A stretch of 64,000 bases of DNA. Source: Eledone cirrhosa. Its lineage: Eukaryota. Shown here piece by piece: positions 38,764-51,638 of the stretch. The stretch's first letter is position 1; each line of letters opens with the position of its first letter. The notes below the pieces were generated by a model, which searched no databases, had not been told where the DNA came from, and saw only the letters and a list, made by a program, of their open reading frames with translations. The stretch is taken from the NCBI GenBank assembly GCA_964016885.1, contig OZ024744.1, forward strand, positions 72,044,001-72,108,000. Direction: 5' to 3'. The translations under genes were made by a program, and so were the position numbers.

Positions 38764-41700
38764 GTATATTCCTAATGACTTGAATTTTTATTTCATTGTT
38801 TTAACTTATATCATGACTCTGATATTTTGATATTTTATTGTTTTCCGGGATTTATTTTAACCTACAACATTTTCAACATATGGATTACATTGAGTTCTTC
38901 ATGCAGACTAGACTCCACAACTAACCGTGGATATTTCTGTGCATCTTGCTCCTTCAATATATTTTTTCATACCTGTCTCCACTTCTGTGATTATAATATT
39001 TAGTTGAGCTCTTCTTTTATTTAATTCCTGCCTCACAATGGAAAAACAATATTTGGGTACTTCGTTGAAGAATATTCCGATTCCACCTAAAGACGAATAT
39101 CTACACCTGCTCATACAAAAAACTAGCCAGTTTATTAGGAGAATGCGATAGGGAGCCTATCATTTTGACAACAAAACCAATACAAATGGAAAGAAGTACT
39201 GCTATGGATTCAACACATACAAAAATCCTCCTCATAATATCCAACTTGAACATTTTGAGAGCGCCCTACTGAACATGATTAAAAACATAAAGTTCAGGAA
39301 ACACAAATCTGAATTCGAAAAGGAATTAGACTCTACCCTTCTGCAACTGAAAAATTCAAACAAGGTCAATGTCCATACTGACAAAACTGGTAATATGTAC
39401 CATATGGACATCGATAAATATAACCAGCTCATTTATAAAGAACTTAGAAAAAACTACAAGAAAACCACCACCACCGCACTGACATCCTTGAACAACACAT
39501 CATGCGATATAGTAAAAAAACTCCATGTTGAAGATAGGACGGAGCCATTCACACCTAAAAGCCCGCACTTCAACCTGAAGGACCATAAATCTGATCGATT
39601 CTTACTATTCTTCGATTTCTCCAATTCGCTTAAACAAAGCACTGATTTTCGCCAGAAATAGATCGGATTTATCTACTAAGGAAATTAACATCATAACACA
39701 CGCTAGAAAAACCTTACTAAACTTCCAAGAAGAACACTGGACAAGAAACACATATAACAACTTATTTGATATAACGATGGGATCCATGGACTCTGCTCAA
39801 GTTACAGACCTCGTTGGACTATTTCTCCTCTATAATATTCATTCCTCTTTTCCCCACCTCAAAGGTGGTCTTTATCGGGATGATTGTCTATTGATATCTA
39901 ACAATCTTAGGATTTCTAATATAGAGAAAAACAAAAAACAAATTAGAAAATTCTTCAAGGACTATTAAACCTTAATATCACCTTTGAAAACACCTCAAAA
40001 GTAGCTAACTTCCTTGACATTACCTTAGACTTCTACGAATATTTATCAACCTTACCACAAACCCAACCTGAATCTACACTATGTACATTCACGCTCTAAC
40101 CACCCTGGCTCTATATTAAAAAACATAGTATATAACATATCTCTTAGACTTTCTAAATTATCTTCCAACGAAGATATATTTTATAAAAATGCACCCTTCT
40201 ACAACGAGGCCCTAACTAGAAGTGGATATAAAGAAAAAATTTCATATAACCCCAACACTACTATGGAACTAGCAAAAACTTCAAACAACAAAAAATACCA
40301 TAGAAACAAATACCTAATGGGGTCATTCCTATCACACCAAACAACCGAAAAACCACAACAACTATTACTACACGATCTATGACCAATGTTATCAACTCAC
40401 ATATGACTACCAAACATTCCACCTCTCATAATCTACCCAATAATATCACCAAATACAACCACTGCAATTTACCAAATTCCACAAAGACAAATACTAACCA
40501 TAAGAACTCTTCTAGAACGCAGCACATTAATGTAAGTGAGAATAAGAACTTAACTGAAAACCGCAAAAGAAACATAACATGGTACAACGCACCCTTCAAC
40601 CTGCAAACTATTGGACAAATCCCCCAAAAATTCTTCGAAATTCTACATAAACACTTTCCACCAAACCACAGATACCACCAAATATTTAACAGATATACTG
40701 TTAAATTCTCATACTCTACATCAAGCAATCTCCAACGGAAAATAAGCAACTACAACATTTGTAAATTTAAAAGTAATATGACCACACCACCACAACATAA
40801 TTTAAATAGGACCGCACCTTTTAAAAGGACAAATAATACAATCCTTCAACCTGGAAAACACAACCACCCAAATCACCAACTCAAAAACAACATAACACAA
40901 AATCACTAAATCACCCACAAAGCAGCACTCATTCTCTCTCTAACACTAATTACAATAAGAATAGCTCCAGGATTAATGAAAATTGTGTAGGTACCTCCAA
41001 CAACCATCTTACGTATGGTTGTAATTGAAGAAATAGAAGCGTTTGCCCCTTAAATGGCAACTGTTTGATTAATAATGTAATATATAAATGCAGTGTCTAC
41101 TACTGACTCCAACAAATCGTATATAGGATCTACATCGAACACATTTAAGAAAAGATATTACGCACACTCCAGTAGCTTTAACAATACTAAACTAGCTAAC
41201 ACTACATCTTTAGCTGAAGCAGTAAATAACTATAAAAAGAAAAAAATAGATTTCAAGCTATCGTGGAACGCCATTCTACAAAGAACTCCATATCTTGGGA
41301 ACAGGAGAGAATGCAGATTATGTTCCGGAGAAATCTTGGAAATTACTTATTCTAAGAACGATTTATTGAATAAAAGACAAGAACTGATTATAGCTTGTAA
41401 TCACCGTATACAAAAAACATCTAAGTACTATAAACCCAATCAAACATTCTAAATAGCTGCTCACTATAGTTCTATGTGACGTACATTTTTGTTAGTATCC
41501 CCTTCTCCTAATTATACGCCTTCCTGTTAATTTTTTAACCTTTTAATTTTTTAGCTTCCATTGATTCATGCGTCACTGACTAAGGGCATCAAGGTACATA
41601 ACCACCTGTAATTGCATGGGTATACATGTATCTATGTATGTATGATAAGAGAATATATATACATATATATATGTGTGTGTATATGTGTGTGTGTGTATAT

Positions 41701-42051
41701 GTATGTACATGTATGTGTGTGTATATATATGTATGTATGTATATATATATGTATGTATGTGTGCGCATATGTATGTATATGTGTATGTATATATCTATGT
41801 ATGCGTATGTATGTTTTTAATGGAGCATCGATGTAATTATACCTCTATCTATATATGTGAGTATATGCACTTTTGTGATCTAAGAAAATTATGCATTTCG
41901 GCTATATGTCAAAATGCATTTATCTGGGATTGATTACTTATGCATAGACCCACTTGAAAATATTTACTATTTTATATTTTATGATACATCATACGCTATA
42001 CTATACTATATACAATGAACTATAATGCACTATATTATATTACATTATAAA

Positions 42052-42238
42052 GGGCGGTGAATTGGCAGTATCGGTAGAGGCTCGGACATGCTTTCTAGCA
42101 TAGTTACGTCACTTTATGATCTGAGTTCAAATCCCGCCGAGGTTAACTTTGACTTTCATCCATACGGGGTCGATAAAATAAAGTACCAGTAATGTACTGG
42201 GTAATTGCTGGCCTTGTGCCTAAAGTAGAAACAATTAT
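42052..42238 (+). mobile_element. Nin/Deu-like tRNA-SINE nested in the PLE 3' UTR
   Basis: Full head GGCGGTGAATTGGCAGTATCGGTAGA, B-box and family tail. Confidence 0.8.
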
Positions 42239-42881
42239 ATTACATTATATTAAATTATTGTATTTTATTATCTTATTATAATTTTCATCTTTTAATATAC
42301 TGTCCTTCCTAGTTATGACCATTAATTTACCTATCTATATTTATCCTAGTTATATTTTATATTACTTTATTTATATTCACCTAAAAACTCCATACAACAC
42401 AACTCAACATATAATTTTTACATCCCTCTTTAAACTTCACTCCACCTTCTACATTCCACTATCAATACAACAATCCCTTTTCTTCATAGGTTCTTCATAG
42501 TAATTCTATTTTTAACACCATTCAACCATTCCTTTCAAAAGGTCATGACCTTAACTAAAGTGAGTTATATTTCGTCTTAACATCATATGGCAAAACACCA
42601 TATGATTGGTTTGTTCCTCAGCTACCTCCAAATAAGGTCATAGAACTCAATTTACTATTGATTTAGAATAAAATTTTCATTGCTTTTGACAACGGCTGAC
42701 GATATACACGTAGGTAAATATATTCATTATTTGATATTTTGTAACTAAACTTACATAGATCGATAACGAAATATGCGTACGATGTATTATTATCACCTAG
42801 AAACGATCGTAAAGCAGTGAAGTATATTCCTAATTACTTGAATTTTTATTTCATTGTTTTAACTTATATATATATATATAC

Positions 42882-45378
42882 GATATTGACAAATGGAAAC
42901 TATATTTATAAAACCATATTTATTTCATTATACATTTTTCAAGGACACCAAGTTAAATTATGGTGTGCTTTCATCAGATAAAATAGAGCAGCTTTATAAA
43001 TAAATATTGACATACCCTTAAAGAATGCAACCATTACTGTTGGAAGCTCCCGGATAGTGGAGTTATATTTATACTTATAGTATTAGGTATGTTAGTATTG
43101 GATATTTTTAAATAAGCCGTTGGGTTACGGAGAAAGAGAAAGAGAGAGAGCAGAATAACAGAGAGAAAAAAAGAGAGAAAAAAAAGAGAGAGAGAGCATA
43201 ACAAGAGAGAGAGAAAAGAAATAGATATAGACAAAAGAAAAAGAGAGAGAGGAGAAAGGGAAAGGAGAGAGAGAGAGTGAAAACTCCAAGTCTTATCTTG
43301 TTGATTTATCTTAACATTTGAGATGAAATGAATAAATAAAATTAGATATGTTAATAATCATGAATGGAATATACATATGTAATAATGTGCTTTTTCATCA
43401 AATATATTCTTATTAGCTGAAATTCTCGAAATTCGTTCCTGTACAGAGTTCACTATAGTATTTTTAACGGATCTGGGGTGATTAGAGTTAAAATTGACGT
43501 AGTTTAAGTTCTCATTTAGTTTGTGAAATGGATAATGAAGACATGTGTTAAGGTTTAGTGTTACATCTAGAAAGTTAACTATTTTATGGTTATTCTCTAT
43601 TTCTACTTTTAGATTAAGGTAATTAAAAAATTGTATAATTTGTTTTCTTTTTCTATTTAGTTCACAGTTATTATTTTCTATAAGTAAAAGCATGATATAA
43701 ACCTCCGGTTAAATCAGGTATTTTCCTATGTAGAGAATTATTTATAAAGAGTCCCACAAGATCCGTTACCTGAGCGGAATCGGATGATCCCATAGTTATA
43801 TCGAAGTTATTATTTCTATCTGCCCTAGTCCAGAGTTGGTTATTAAATTCTATTAATGTTTTCCGTGCCGATAATATAATGTACATTTCATTGCTAGTTA
43901 AGTCTGTATGTTTAAATGCGTAAGTTAGTGCTTTATTCAGTAGTTTAGGAGTGATAGATGAGTAATAGTTAGCAATATCCAACTGAATAAACTTATTATT
44001 ATAGTTATATTTAATTTTCTTAAACCAATCGATAATTTCACTAGTTCCTTTCCATAATTTTAAATAAGATAAATTCTTAATTTGTGGTATTATTCTGTCT
44101 AAAATGTTTTTGCTAAGTCCTCCGAGGTCCGATTTAGATGGTGCAATTAATCTGACTGGTAAATCCGTTTCAAAATTCAGTTTGTGATCCTTCATATTAA
44201 TCTTAGGTTTCCTTGGCATAAAGGGTTGTGTTTTATTTTCAATGCCTAGTTCATGCATTATATAAGAGGCTTCCGTATTCAATTTTTCAAGGTCGTCATT
44301 ATTTGCTACTTTGTATATCTTCCTTAATTCCTTTAATATAAGATCGTTATAAATGTCCTTTTGTAATCCGTAAAGATTATTGGTTTTGTCAGACTTGACT
44401 AGAATTTTCTCCGTTCTCTCCAAGTTTTCAATATTATTTTTAATATTTCTTAAGTAATCCTGGCCTTTGAAGTTGTTTTTGAATTTGATGCTTTGAATGA
44501 TAGATATGATTTCATTTTCAAAATCCATTAGTAGTTTGTTGGGGGGTGGATTTTTTTTAGATTTGAAGATTTTATCCAGATTGGAGACATTTTCATTTAG
44601 ATTAGATTTATCGAAGTGGAAAGCACGCCACCTGATTCTTCTTACAAAGGAGTCTGATTTTTCTATTAATTGTTTAATAAAATCTTTGTTCCTAGGTAAA
44701 GGTATGTCTTTTAGAGAAGAAGAGATCTTAAAAAATTCCATTTTTTCAGTTATAATATAAAGCGCTCAACAATACAGGAGCAGAATATATGCAAAAGTTC
44801 TATTTAAATTGATGGGATAGAACAAGCAAATATTTTAATAACTGATATAAAGCACTCAACAAATAATTTGAGTAAAAATAAGATATTAACAAATGGAAAC
44901 TATATTTATAAAACCATATTTATTTTATTATACATATTTCAAGGACACCAAGTTAAATTATGGTGTGCTTTCATCAGATAAAATATAATATAGAGCAGTT
45001 TTATAAATAAATATTGACATACCCTTAAAGAATGCAACCATTACCGTTGGAAGCTCCCGGATAGTGGAGTTATATTTATACTTATAGTATTAGGTATGTT
45101 AGTATTGGATATTTTTAAATAAGCCGTGGGGTTACGGAGAAAGAGAAAGAGAGAGAGCAGAATAACAGAGAGAAAAAAAGAGAGAGATAGAGCATAACAA
45201 CAGAGAGAGAGAAAAGAAATAGATATAGAAAAAAGAAAAAGAGAGAGAGGAGAAAGGGAAAGGAGAGTGAGAGAGTGAAAACTCCAAGTCATATCTTGTT
45301 GATTTATCTTAACATTTGAGATGAAATGAATAAATAAAATTAGATATGTTAATAATCATGAATGGAATATAGATATAT
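42882..45378 (-). mobile_element. Internally deleted Naiad-like PLE with two about 490-bp direct pLTRs
   Basis: Direct repeats 42882-43375 and 44881-45375. ORF 44741..43380 (SSSLKDIPLP..FVRRIRWRAFHF..MGSSDSAQV) lacks RDD and the whole GIY-YIG domain. Confidence 0.9.
44923..44983 (-). ncRNA. Hammerhead ribozyme motif (family H); copy at 42923-42983
   Basis: UUUUAU-CUGAUGA-AAG.ACACCA..UGGUGU.CUU-GAA-AUAUGUAU-A-AUAAAA. Confidence 0.8.
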
Positions 45379-45651
45379 AATATGAGAAATTTAACCATTG
45401 TTTAAATATGATTAAATGTTTAGTTAATCAGTTATAATATTGAGATCAATACTTTAAAAATTGAGATCTATATATTAAGAAATCTATATATTATTATTAA
45501 GACTATATATTATAAGAAGAATATAACACATATACATACGCAAAAATATAAATATATATACACACATACAAAGGAAAATCGTTATAAATGACCCTTTGGA
45601 ATAGAAAAGGGTGGGCAGAAACTCGTTTGATGAGTAACAACATCACTGACA

Positions 45652-46050
45652 AATAATGGTTTCTGATTTAGACACAAGGTCAACAATTTGGAGGAAAGGA
45701 AAAGTCAATTAAATCGACACCAGTGTATTACTGGTACTTCATTTTATCGACTACGTAAGGATGAAAGGCAGATATAACCACGGCGTGATTTTGAACTCAG
45801 ACTGTAAAGGGCTATAACTTTCTTCTGCGAAACATGTCCGACGCTCTTCCGATACTGCCAATCCACCGCCAAGGAGAAAAATAATGATTTCTAGTATAGG
45901 CACAAGGCCAGTAATTTGGGGGCAGGAGAAAGTCGGTTAAATCGAAACCAGTACGTTACTGGTACTTCATTTTATAGATCCCCGTATGGATGAAAGGCAT
46001 AGTTAGCCTCAGCAGGTTTTGAACTCAGATCATAAAGGGCCGTAACTCTA
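45652..46050 (-). mobile_element. Two tandem Nin/Deu-like tRNA-SINEs
   Basis: Reverse complements of the 4436/42052 family at about 45652-45870 and 45880-46050. Confidence 0.75.
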
Positions 46051-46691
46051 TGCTCGACAAATAATATGTGTCTGTTAGTGACTGAGTCCAGCTAGGCACT
46101 TGTATGCTTTGTTGAATAAAATGCATTGGTGTTCACTCCTGCCATCATTCGGTTCCTCAGTTTGATCCAGTCCACGATTATCTACCGTTGAATGAATTGA
46201 AAGTCTTGACGTATTCGAAAAATAGGGCCACATGGGTCACATATTTGTTGTATGGGGGCCACAAACAACAACTAATTGCACACATTACAACACATTTTTT
46301 TTATTTTATAATACGAAGATAAAACTTGTTCGCGCTGTAAAAATATTTATAGGGGCCGCAGAATTTGGATGTGTTCATGTATGAGTGAGTTTGCATATCA
46401 GCTGTTCTGACGAAGACCACACAAGCTCTGTTATAGGAAACGTATGATCAAAGTCCACCTCTAATACTTCTATGTTTCTTCCACCACGTACTTATTTCTC
46501 ACTTAAGAGAGAACTGTGGATGTTAATTTAAGGTGATGTGGTTGCTGTTTCTGTCATATCGAGCTTCCATAAAGGGGTTCCACAGTGGATATTTTTGTAT
46601 GCACATGGTGGTATGTTGGTGTCTGTATATGAGAGGGAAAGCAGAGAGAGAGAAAAAGAGAGAGAGAGAGAGAGAGAGAGGGGGGAGAGAG

Positions 46692-46791
<100 letters not shown>

Positions 46792-47116
46792 TAAGCAAGA
46801 GACATTCCATCTGAAATATGCCTACCGTGAGCTATATAAAAATATCATCAAATGTTCAAGGCTAGCGTAATACATTTACAGAAATATATATTTGTATCTG
46901 CATGAGTAAATATAAGTGTGCATATGTATATGTGCGTATATATGCAATTGAGTCAATATATATATACGTGTGTGTGTGTGTATGTTTGTGTGTGTATACA
47001 TATATAAAGAAGAAGAAAGAGACATAAATAGGATGATAAATATATAGATATAGGTACAAATAGACGAAGCATTATAATTTTGACTTTCATATATGCGTGT
47101 ATATGTGAATACCTAT

Positions 47117-47177
<61 letters not shown>

Positions 47178-47662
47178 CGTGTGTGTGCGTGTGTGCAAAT
47201 ATATGTATATATATATATTATATATACATGCATATATATATTATATATACATACATTTCTACGTGATGATATATACATCTATCAGCACTTATACATGTCA
47301 TTGTCCTGGTGTACAAATATTTACTAGGTTGCTTAATCTACGCATGCGTGAAACTTACACCGTGGTGGAAAAGCAGTTGTCGTTCTTCGTTTACTAACAG
47401 GTGAATATTAATTTATACTTTCAATGTTGGTTCATTTTATATAATAGAATTGCCAATATTGTCTTATCAGTGGAAAGTGTTGTAATGGTGAGCTTAATGG
47501 GTGAGCAGAGTTATTTTAGGTCGCTCTACAAGGAATCTCCCTATGTCTAACTTTGTATATGTTATTCGATATATGTTTACACAATTCTCCGAGTAATAAT
47601 TTTAGCTATCATTTATTGAGATTTTCTGTATTTCAGTGACAAATAATTATGGGCTATATATA

Positions 47663-47693
<31 letters not shown>

Positions 47694-47837
47694 ATATATA
47701 AATAGATATATATAGATAGATATAGATATATGTCAACATAAATGGACCTGTTATTTTTATCTAAAGACATTTTTTTCCAATTCAAACCCTCCGGGTCCCT
47801 TCGATCCATCTTATTTGCGTTGTTATTTCTGTTTACC

Positions 47838-47940
<103 letters not shown>

Positions 47941-48179
47941 GTTATGTAATAAATAACATAAAATATTTATTTCATTTACCAGTGGTTTCTTGAAGACAGA
48001 TATTTTCATGTCGGCAGTCGTCAGAATGAATAAATGATATGGTCTTTTTTATTAAATATGGATTTGAAAACAAAATTTAGGAAATATGAAAGTGAGGCTA
48101 AAAAAAACGGGCAAAAAGGATTTTGGGGAAAAAATATATAAATAAATATCCAGAATATAAACATACACACACACTGTAC

Positions 48180-48535
48180 ACACTTTGGGAGAGTCATGCT
48201 ACCAATAAAAACACATGCACTTGTTGATTATCACTTCAGTTTAATACACATTTCCGGTTGGTTGGTTTAATAATGGTTTCTTTTATAGGCACAAGGCCAG
48301 CAATTTGGGGGGAGGAGAATGTCGATTAAATCGACTCCAGTGTGTGACTGGTACTTTAATTTACCGACCCCCGTAAGGATGAATGTTTTGTTGGTTTAAT
48401 GATAATAACGATATGGTTGTTTATTTATTGTCAAAGCTTATTAAAACAACCAACCGGAATTTGTAATAAATTGAAGTGAAAACTAACAGGTACGTGTGTT
48501 TTTTATTGGCAGCATGTCTCGCCCAACTTACAAAA
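48180..48535. repeat. Old palindromic remnant of the Neptune-like pLTR with a SINE fragment inside
   Basis: CTTTGGGAGAGTCATG..CCAATAA arm and its inverted partner; SINE tail at 48270-48385. Confidence 0.6.
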
Positions 48536-48616
48536 AAATTATATAAATATATACTTAAACAAATATACTTCGTCGTTGCATTATGTCCTTTGCTTTGTTA
48601 TTTCTGTTTAATTTTT

Positions 48617-48669
<53 letters not shown>

Positions 48670-48674
<5 letters not shown>

Positions 48675-50593
48675 ATACTTTGGGAGAGTCATGTTGCCAA
48701 TAAGAAACACACGCACCAGTTGCTTTCACTTCAATTTATTATATATTTATAAATTTCTGGTTGGTTGGTTCCACAACCAGATAGTTGTTTATATATAGTC
48801 ATAGTTCTTTCGTCACACACTCTGTGACCTCTTCAGTGACTGGGGATTCCTTTCTTTGTTTCTGTGCCTCTCCTTTGTTCTGTCCTACGCCATTTTGTTT
48901 CTGTGTGTGTGTTGTGTGCTCAGTCTGCGCATGCGCCACATCCGGGTGTATGTGTGTGTTTATGTTCATTTATCTATTTGTTTATTTACATGTTACTGGT
49001 TGGTTGTTTGTTCTATGTGTGTGTGTGTTTTCATTTTGTCCTTAATTGTAAGTTGTGATGTTGCTGTTCCACTCATATTTTCTATTTAATTTTGGTTGTA
49101 ATTCTTTTATGTTTATTGCCTCTGTAATTTGTCTAAACATTGCGTCTTTTCTGTGTGTAGATTCTATTTTTATTTCTATGTTCTCTAATTTACCCTTGTG
49201 TTCTATCTTAGCATGTTGGTAGAGTACAGATGATTCTTTATTATCTTGAAGGTCTCGCCAGTGTTCATTTATCCGTTCCCCTACACTACGAGCTGTCTCA
49301 CCTATGTACACTATATTTTTGTCTCTACATTGTCCTTCAGTACATCTTATGCTATACACTACATTTCTAGTTTTACAGTTAATATGGGGGCTTATTTTAC
49401 AGGTTACACATTTCTTATCTATACATGAGGGTCTTTGAAAAGGGTATGTCTTGCTAATAAGTGTTTTTACGGAGGTACCTGGTCTTTCTACTATCTTAAT
49501 ATTGAGTTTATGTTTATTTAGGGCCCTTCTAAATTTGTAAGCTAGTTCACCTCTAGGGGTTGTATCGATGAACATTACACTCTGGTATTTATTGCTATCA
49601 TACCATGAGTTTATTCTATTAGCCTTGTTCCTAGTTCTTTCTATTCTATTCCAAAATGTGCTCCTATACAAGGGGCAGGTCCCATTTATGTCATTATTTA
49701 CCATTTTTTCCCATTTGGTTCTGGCTCCTCTATACACTCTGATTCTATCTCTCTGATTGTAGCCAGAGAACTGCATACGGTGGATGAAGTGTTGTATGTG
49801 TCTCTCTAGTTCTTCGTGGTTGCACATGCGGGACACATTTCTCATCACCCGTACCAAATCCGCAATCAGTATGTTGATTTTGGTATGGTCCGAAATGGCC
49901 GAGTTTCGGTGGATCAGATGTTTGGAAGTCATGGGTTTGGCATAATGGGAATGGAGGATTTGTTTTTGGTTGTTAATGGTATCTAACCAGAGCTCTGTGT
50001 CTAGCACAGGTAATCGATGGTTGGAGTGTTTACTTGGGTAGTCTATAGTAACTCTAATGCTCTGGTGGATGGAGTTTGCTATTTGCTGGATGCTTTCCAT
50101 TGTGTTTTTCTCTAGTTCCTGACTGTTCTTTAGTGGGGGTGTCTTAACTACGATGTTTATATCATCTACGTAGCGGGAGTACATTATCAGGGTTAAGGGG
50201 TCTTCTAATTGTTCTTTAAGTTTAAGTTTAAGTCTACTGTCCCACCATACCATGAATAAGTTAGCTATGTCGCCTGCAATGCTAACACCAATGGCTGCTC
50301 CTTCCTCTTGGGCATATGTTTTTCCATTAAATTTGAACATATGTTCCTTAAGGGTTAGTTTTATGCTGGCCCCTACCGCATGTGCAATCATTTTCTTCAG
50401 TTCATCGTGGTTTTCGGGTGTCCGTATGGCTCTGGTCGACCCGTTCCATCTATCTGTGTGGGTTTTCTTGGCCATTGAGGTAATGGTAGGTGGTCTGCCT
50501 CTTGCTGGTCTTGTAGGGCACAGGTTGCTAAGGTCATAAGTGTCTAGGTAACTATTACTATAGGTAATAATAAACAAATTTAGAAACGAAATA
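48670..50593 (-). mobile_element. Neptune-like PLE, 5'-truncated, with uninterrupted RT-thumb-GIY-YIG frame
   Basis: QEEGAAIG, YSRYVDD, LPVLD, C..C..C linker, VVY..C..YIGETAR..R..EH..E..LN; HHR in the 3' pLTR; about 25-nt inverted-arm remnant at 50572-50593. Confidence 0.92.
49042..50550 (-). CDS. PLE reverse transcriptase/GIY-YIG polyprotein, C-terminal about 500 aa (no true start)
   Basis: Stop-free frame; the N-terminus of the called 548-aa ORF is microsatellite read-through. Confidence 0.85.
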   Translation of the reverse strand, partial: YLDTYDLSNLCPTRPARGRPPTITSMAKKTHTDRWNGSTRAIRTPENHDELKKMIAHAVGASIKLTLKEHMFKFNGKTYAQEEGAAIGVSIAGDIANLFMVWWDSRLKLKLKEQLEDPLTLIMYSRYVDDINIVVKTPPLKNSQELEKNTMESIQQIANSIHQSIRVTIDYPSKHSNHRLPVLDTELWLDTINNQKQILHSHYAKPMTSKHLIHRNSAISDHTKINILIADLVRVMRNVSRMCNHEELERHIQHFIHRMQFSGYNQRDRIRVYRGARTKWEKMVNNDINGTCPLYRSTFWNRIERTRNKANRINSWYDSNKYQSVMFIDTTPRGELAYKFRRALNKHKLNIKIVERPGTSVKTLISKTYPFQRPSCIDKKCVTCKISPHINCKTRNVVYSIRCTEGQCRDKNIVYIGETARSVGERINEHWRDLQDNKESSVLYQHAKIEHKGKLENIEIKIESTHRKDAMFRQITEAINIKELQPKLNRKYEWNSNITTYN

Positions 50594-50603
50594 CACATAT
50601 ATG

Positions 50604-50667
<64 letters not shown>

Positions 50668-50670
<3 letters not shown>

Positions 50671-51069
50671 AGAATAGACGTGTAACACACAAGTTATTAT
50701 ATATTGGTAAACGGAATAGAAAATGCTGACAAATTGTTCACTGTGAACAATAGTTTAATTAGGAATAAGTGAGAATTAGTAATTGTATTGGTTAGTATTC
50801 AGTTTTGGTTTTAAGTCTTACCGGTTGAGCATTTCTAATGCTTTTCAAAAATAATTTTGAGATAGAGCGTCCGTGATGTTTGCTCTGATCTGAGCAAACA
50901 TGACGGACGCTCTATCTCAAAATTATTTTTGAAAAGCATTAGAAATGCGCAACCGGTAAGACTTAAAACCAAAACTGAATACTAACCAATACAATTACTA
51001 ATTCTCACTTATTCCTAATTAAACTATTTTTCACTGTGAATAATTTGTCAGCATTTTCTATTCCGTTTA

Positions 51070-51071
<2 letters not shown>
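50668..51071. repeat. About 365-bp near-perfect palindrome with a one-sided extension, in (TA)n
   Basis: 50706-50888 vs 50889-51071, essentially no spacer. Confidence 0.9.
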
Positions 51072-51160
<89 letters not shown>

Positions 51161-51567
51161 ATTTCGTTTCTGAATTTGTTTAGCAAGATTCTTTATCTGG
51201 AAACGTGTGTTGAAGCCAATATTGTTATGCTTTGGAATGGGTCATATGCCAATAAGAAACACACGCACCAGCAGCTTTCACTTCATTTTATTATGAATTA
51301 AATTTATAAATTTAGGAATTTATAAATTTCCGGTTGGTTGGTTGGTTCCACAACCAGACGATTGTTCATATATTGTCAAAGTTCTTTCGTCACACATTCT
51401 GTGACTTCTTCAGTGACTGGGGATTCTTTTCTTTTTTTTCTGCCTCTCCTTTGTTCTGTCATACGCCATCTTTTTTTGTGTGTGTTGTGTGCTTAGTTTG
51501 CGCATGTGTTACATCCGGGTGTCTGGTGCGTGTGTTTCTTATTGACAACATGTCCCTCCCAAAGCAT

Positions 51568-51574
<7 letters not shown>
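51161..51574. mobile_element. Asymmetric inverted pLTR pair of the Neptune-like family
   Basis: Long arm 51161-51523, short arm 51524-51574; same outer endpoints as 7228-8270. Confidence 0.85.

Positions 51575-51635
<61 letters not shown>

Positions 51636-51638
<3 letters not shown>

Larger units (their letters stand above)
38466..42866 (+). mobile_element. Near full-length Naiad-like PLE: inverted 5' arm, pLTR, decayed RT plus GIY-YIG ORF, pLTR
   Basis: ORF start 39038 MEKQYLGTSLKNIPIPPK..FIRRMR; MGSMDSAQV; GGLYRDD; ITWYNAPF; YIGST..LLNKRQE. Direct repeats 38629-38810 and 42673-42866; inverted 38469-38631 vs 38783-38942. Confidence 0.9.

Noticed and set aside
41470-41580. SECIS candidate downstream of the Naiad-like ORF
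   Set aside because: A GTGACG/CGTCAC stem exists but lacks the AUGA...GA quartet and AA-loop spacing.
46405-46450. CUGACGA...GAAACGUA
   Set aside because: No credible stem I or stem II pairing.
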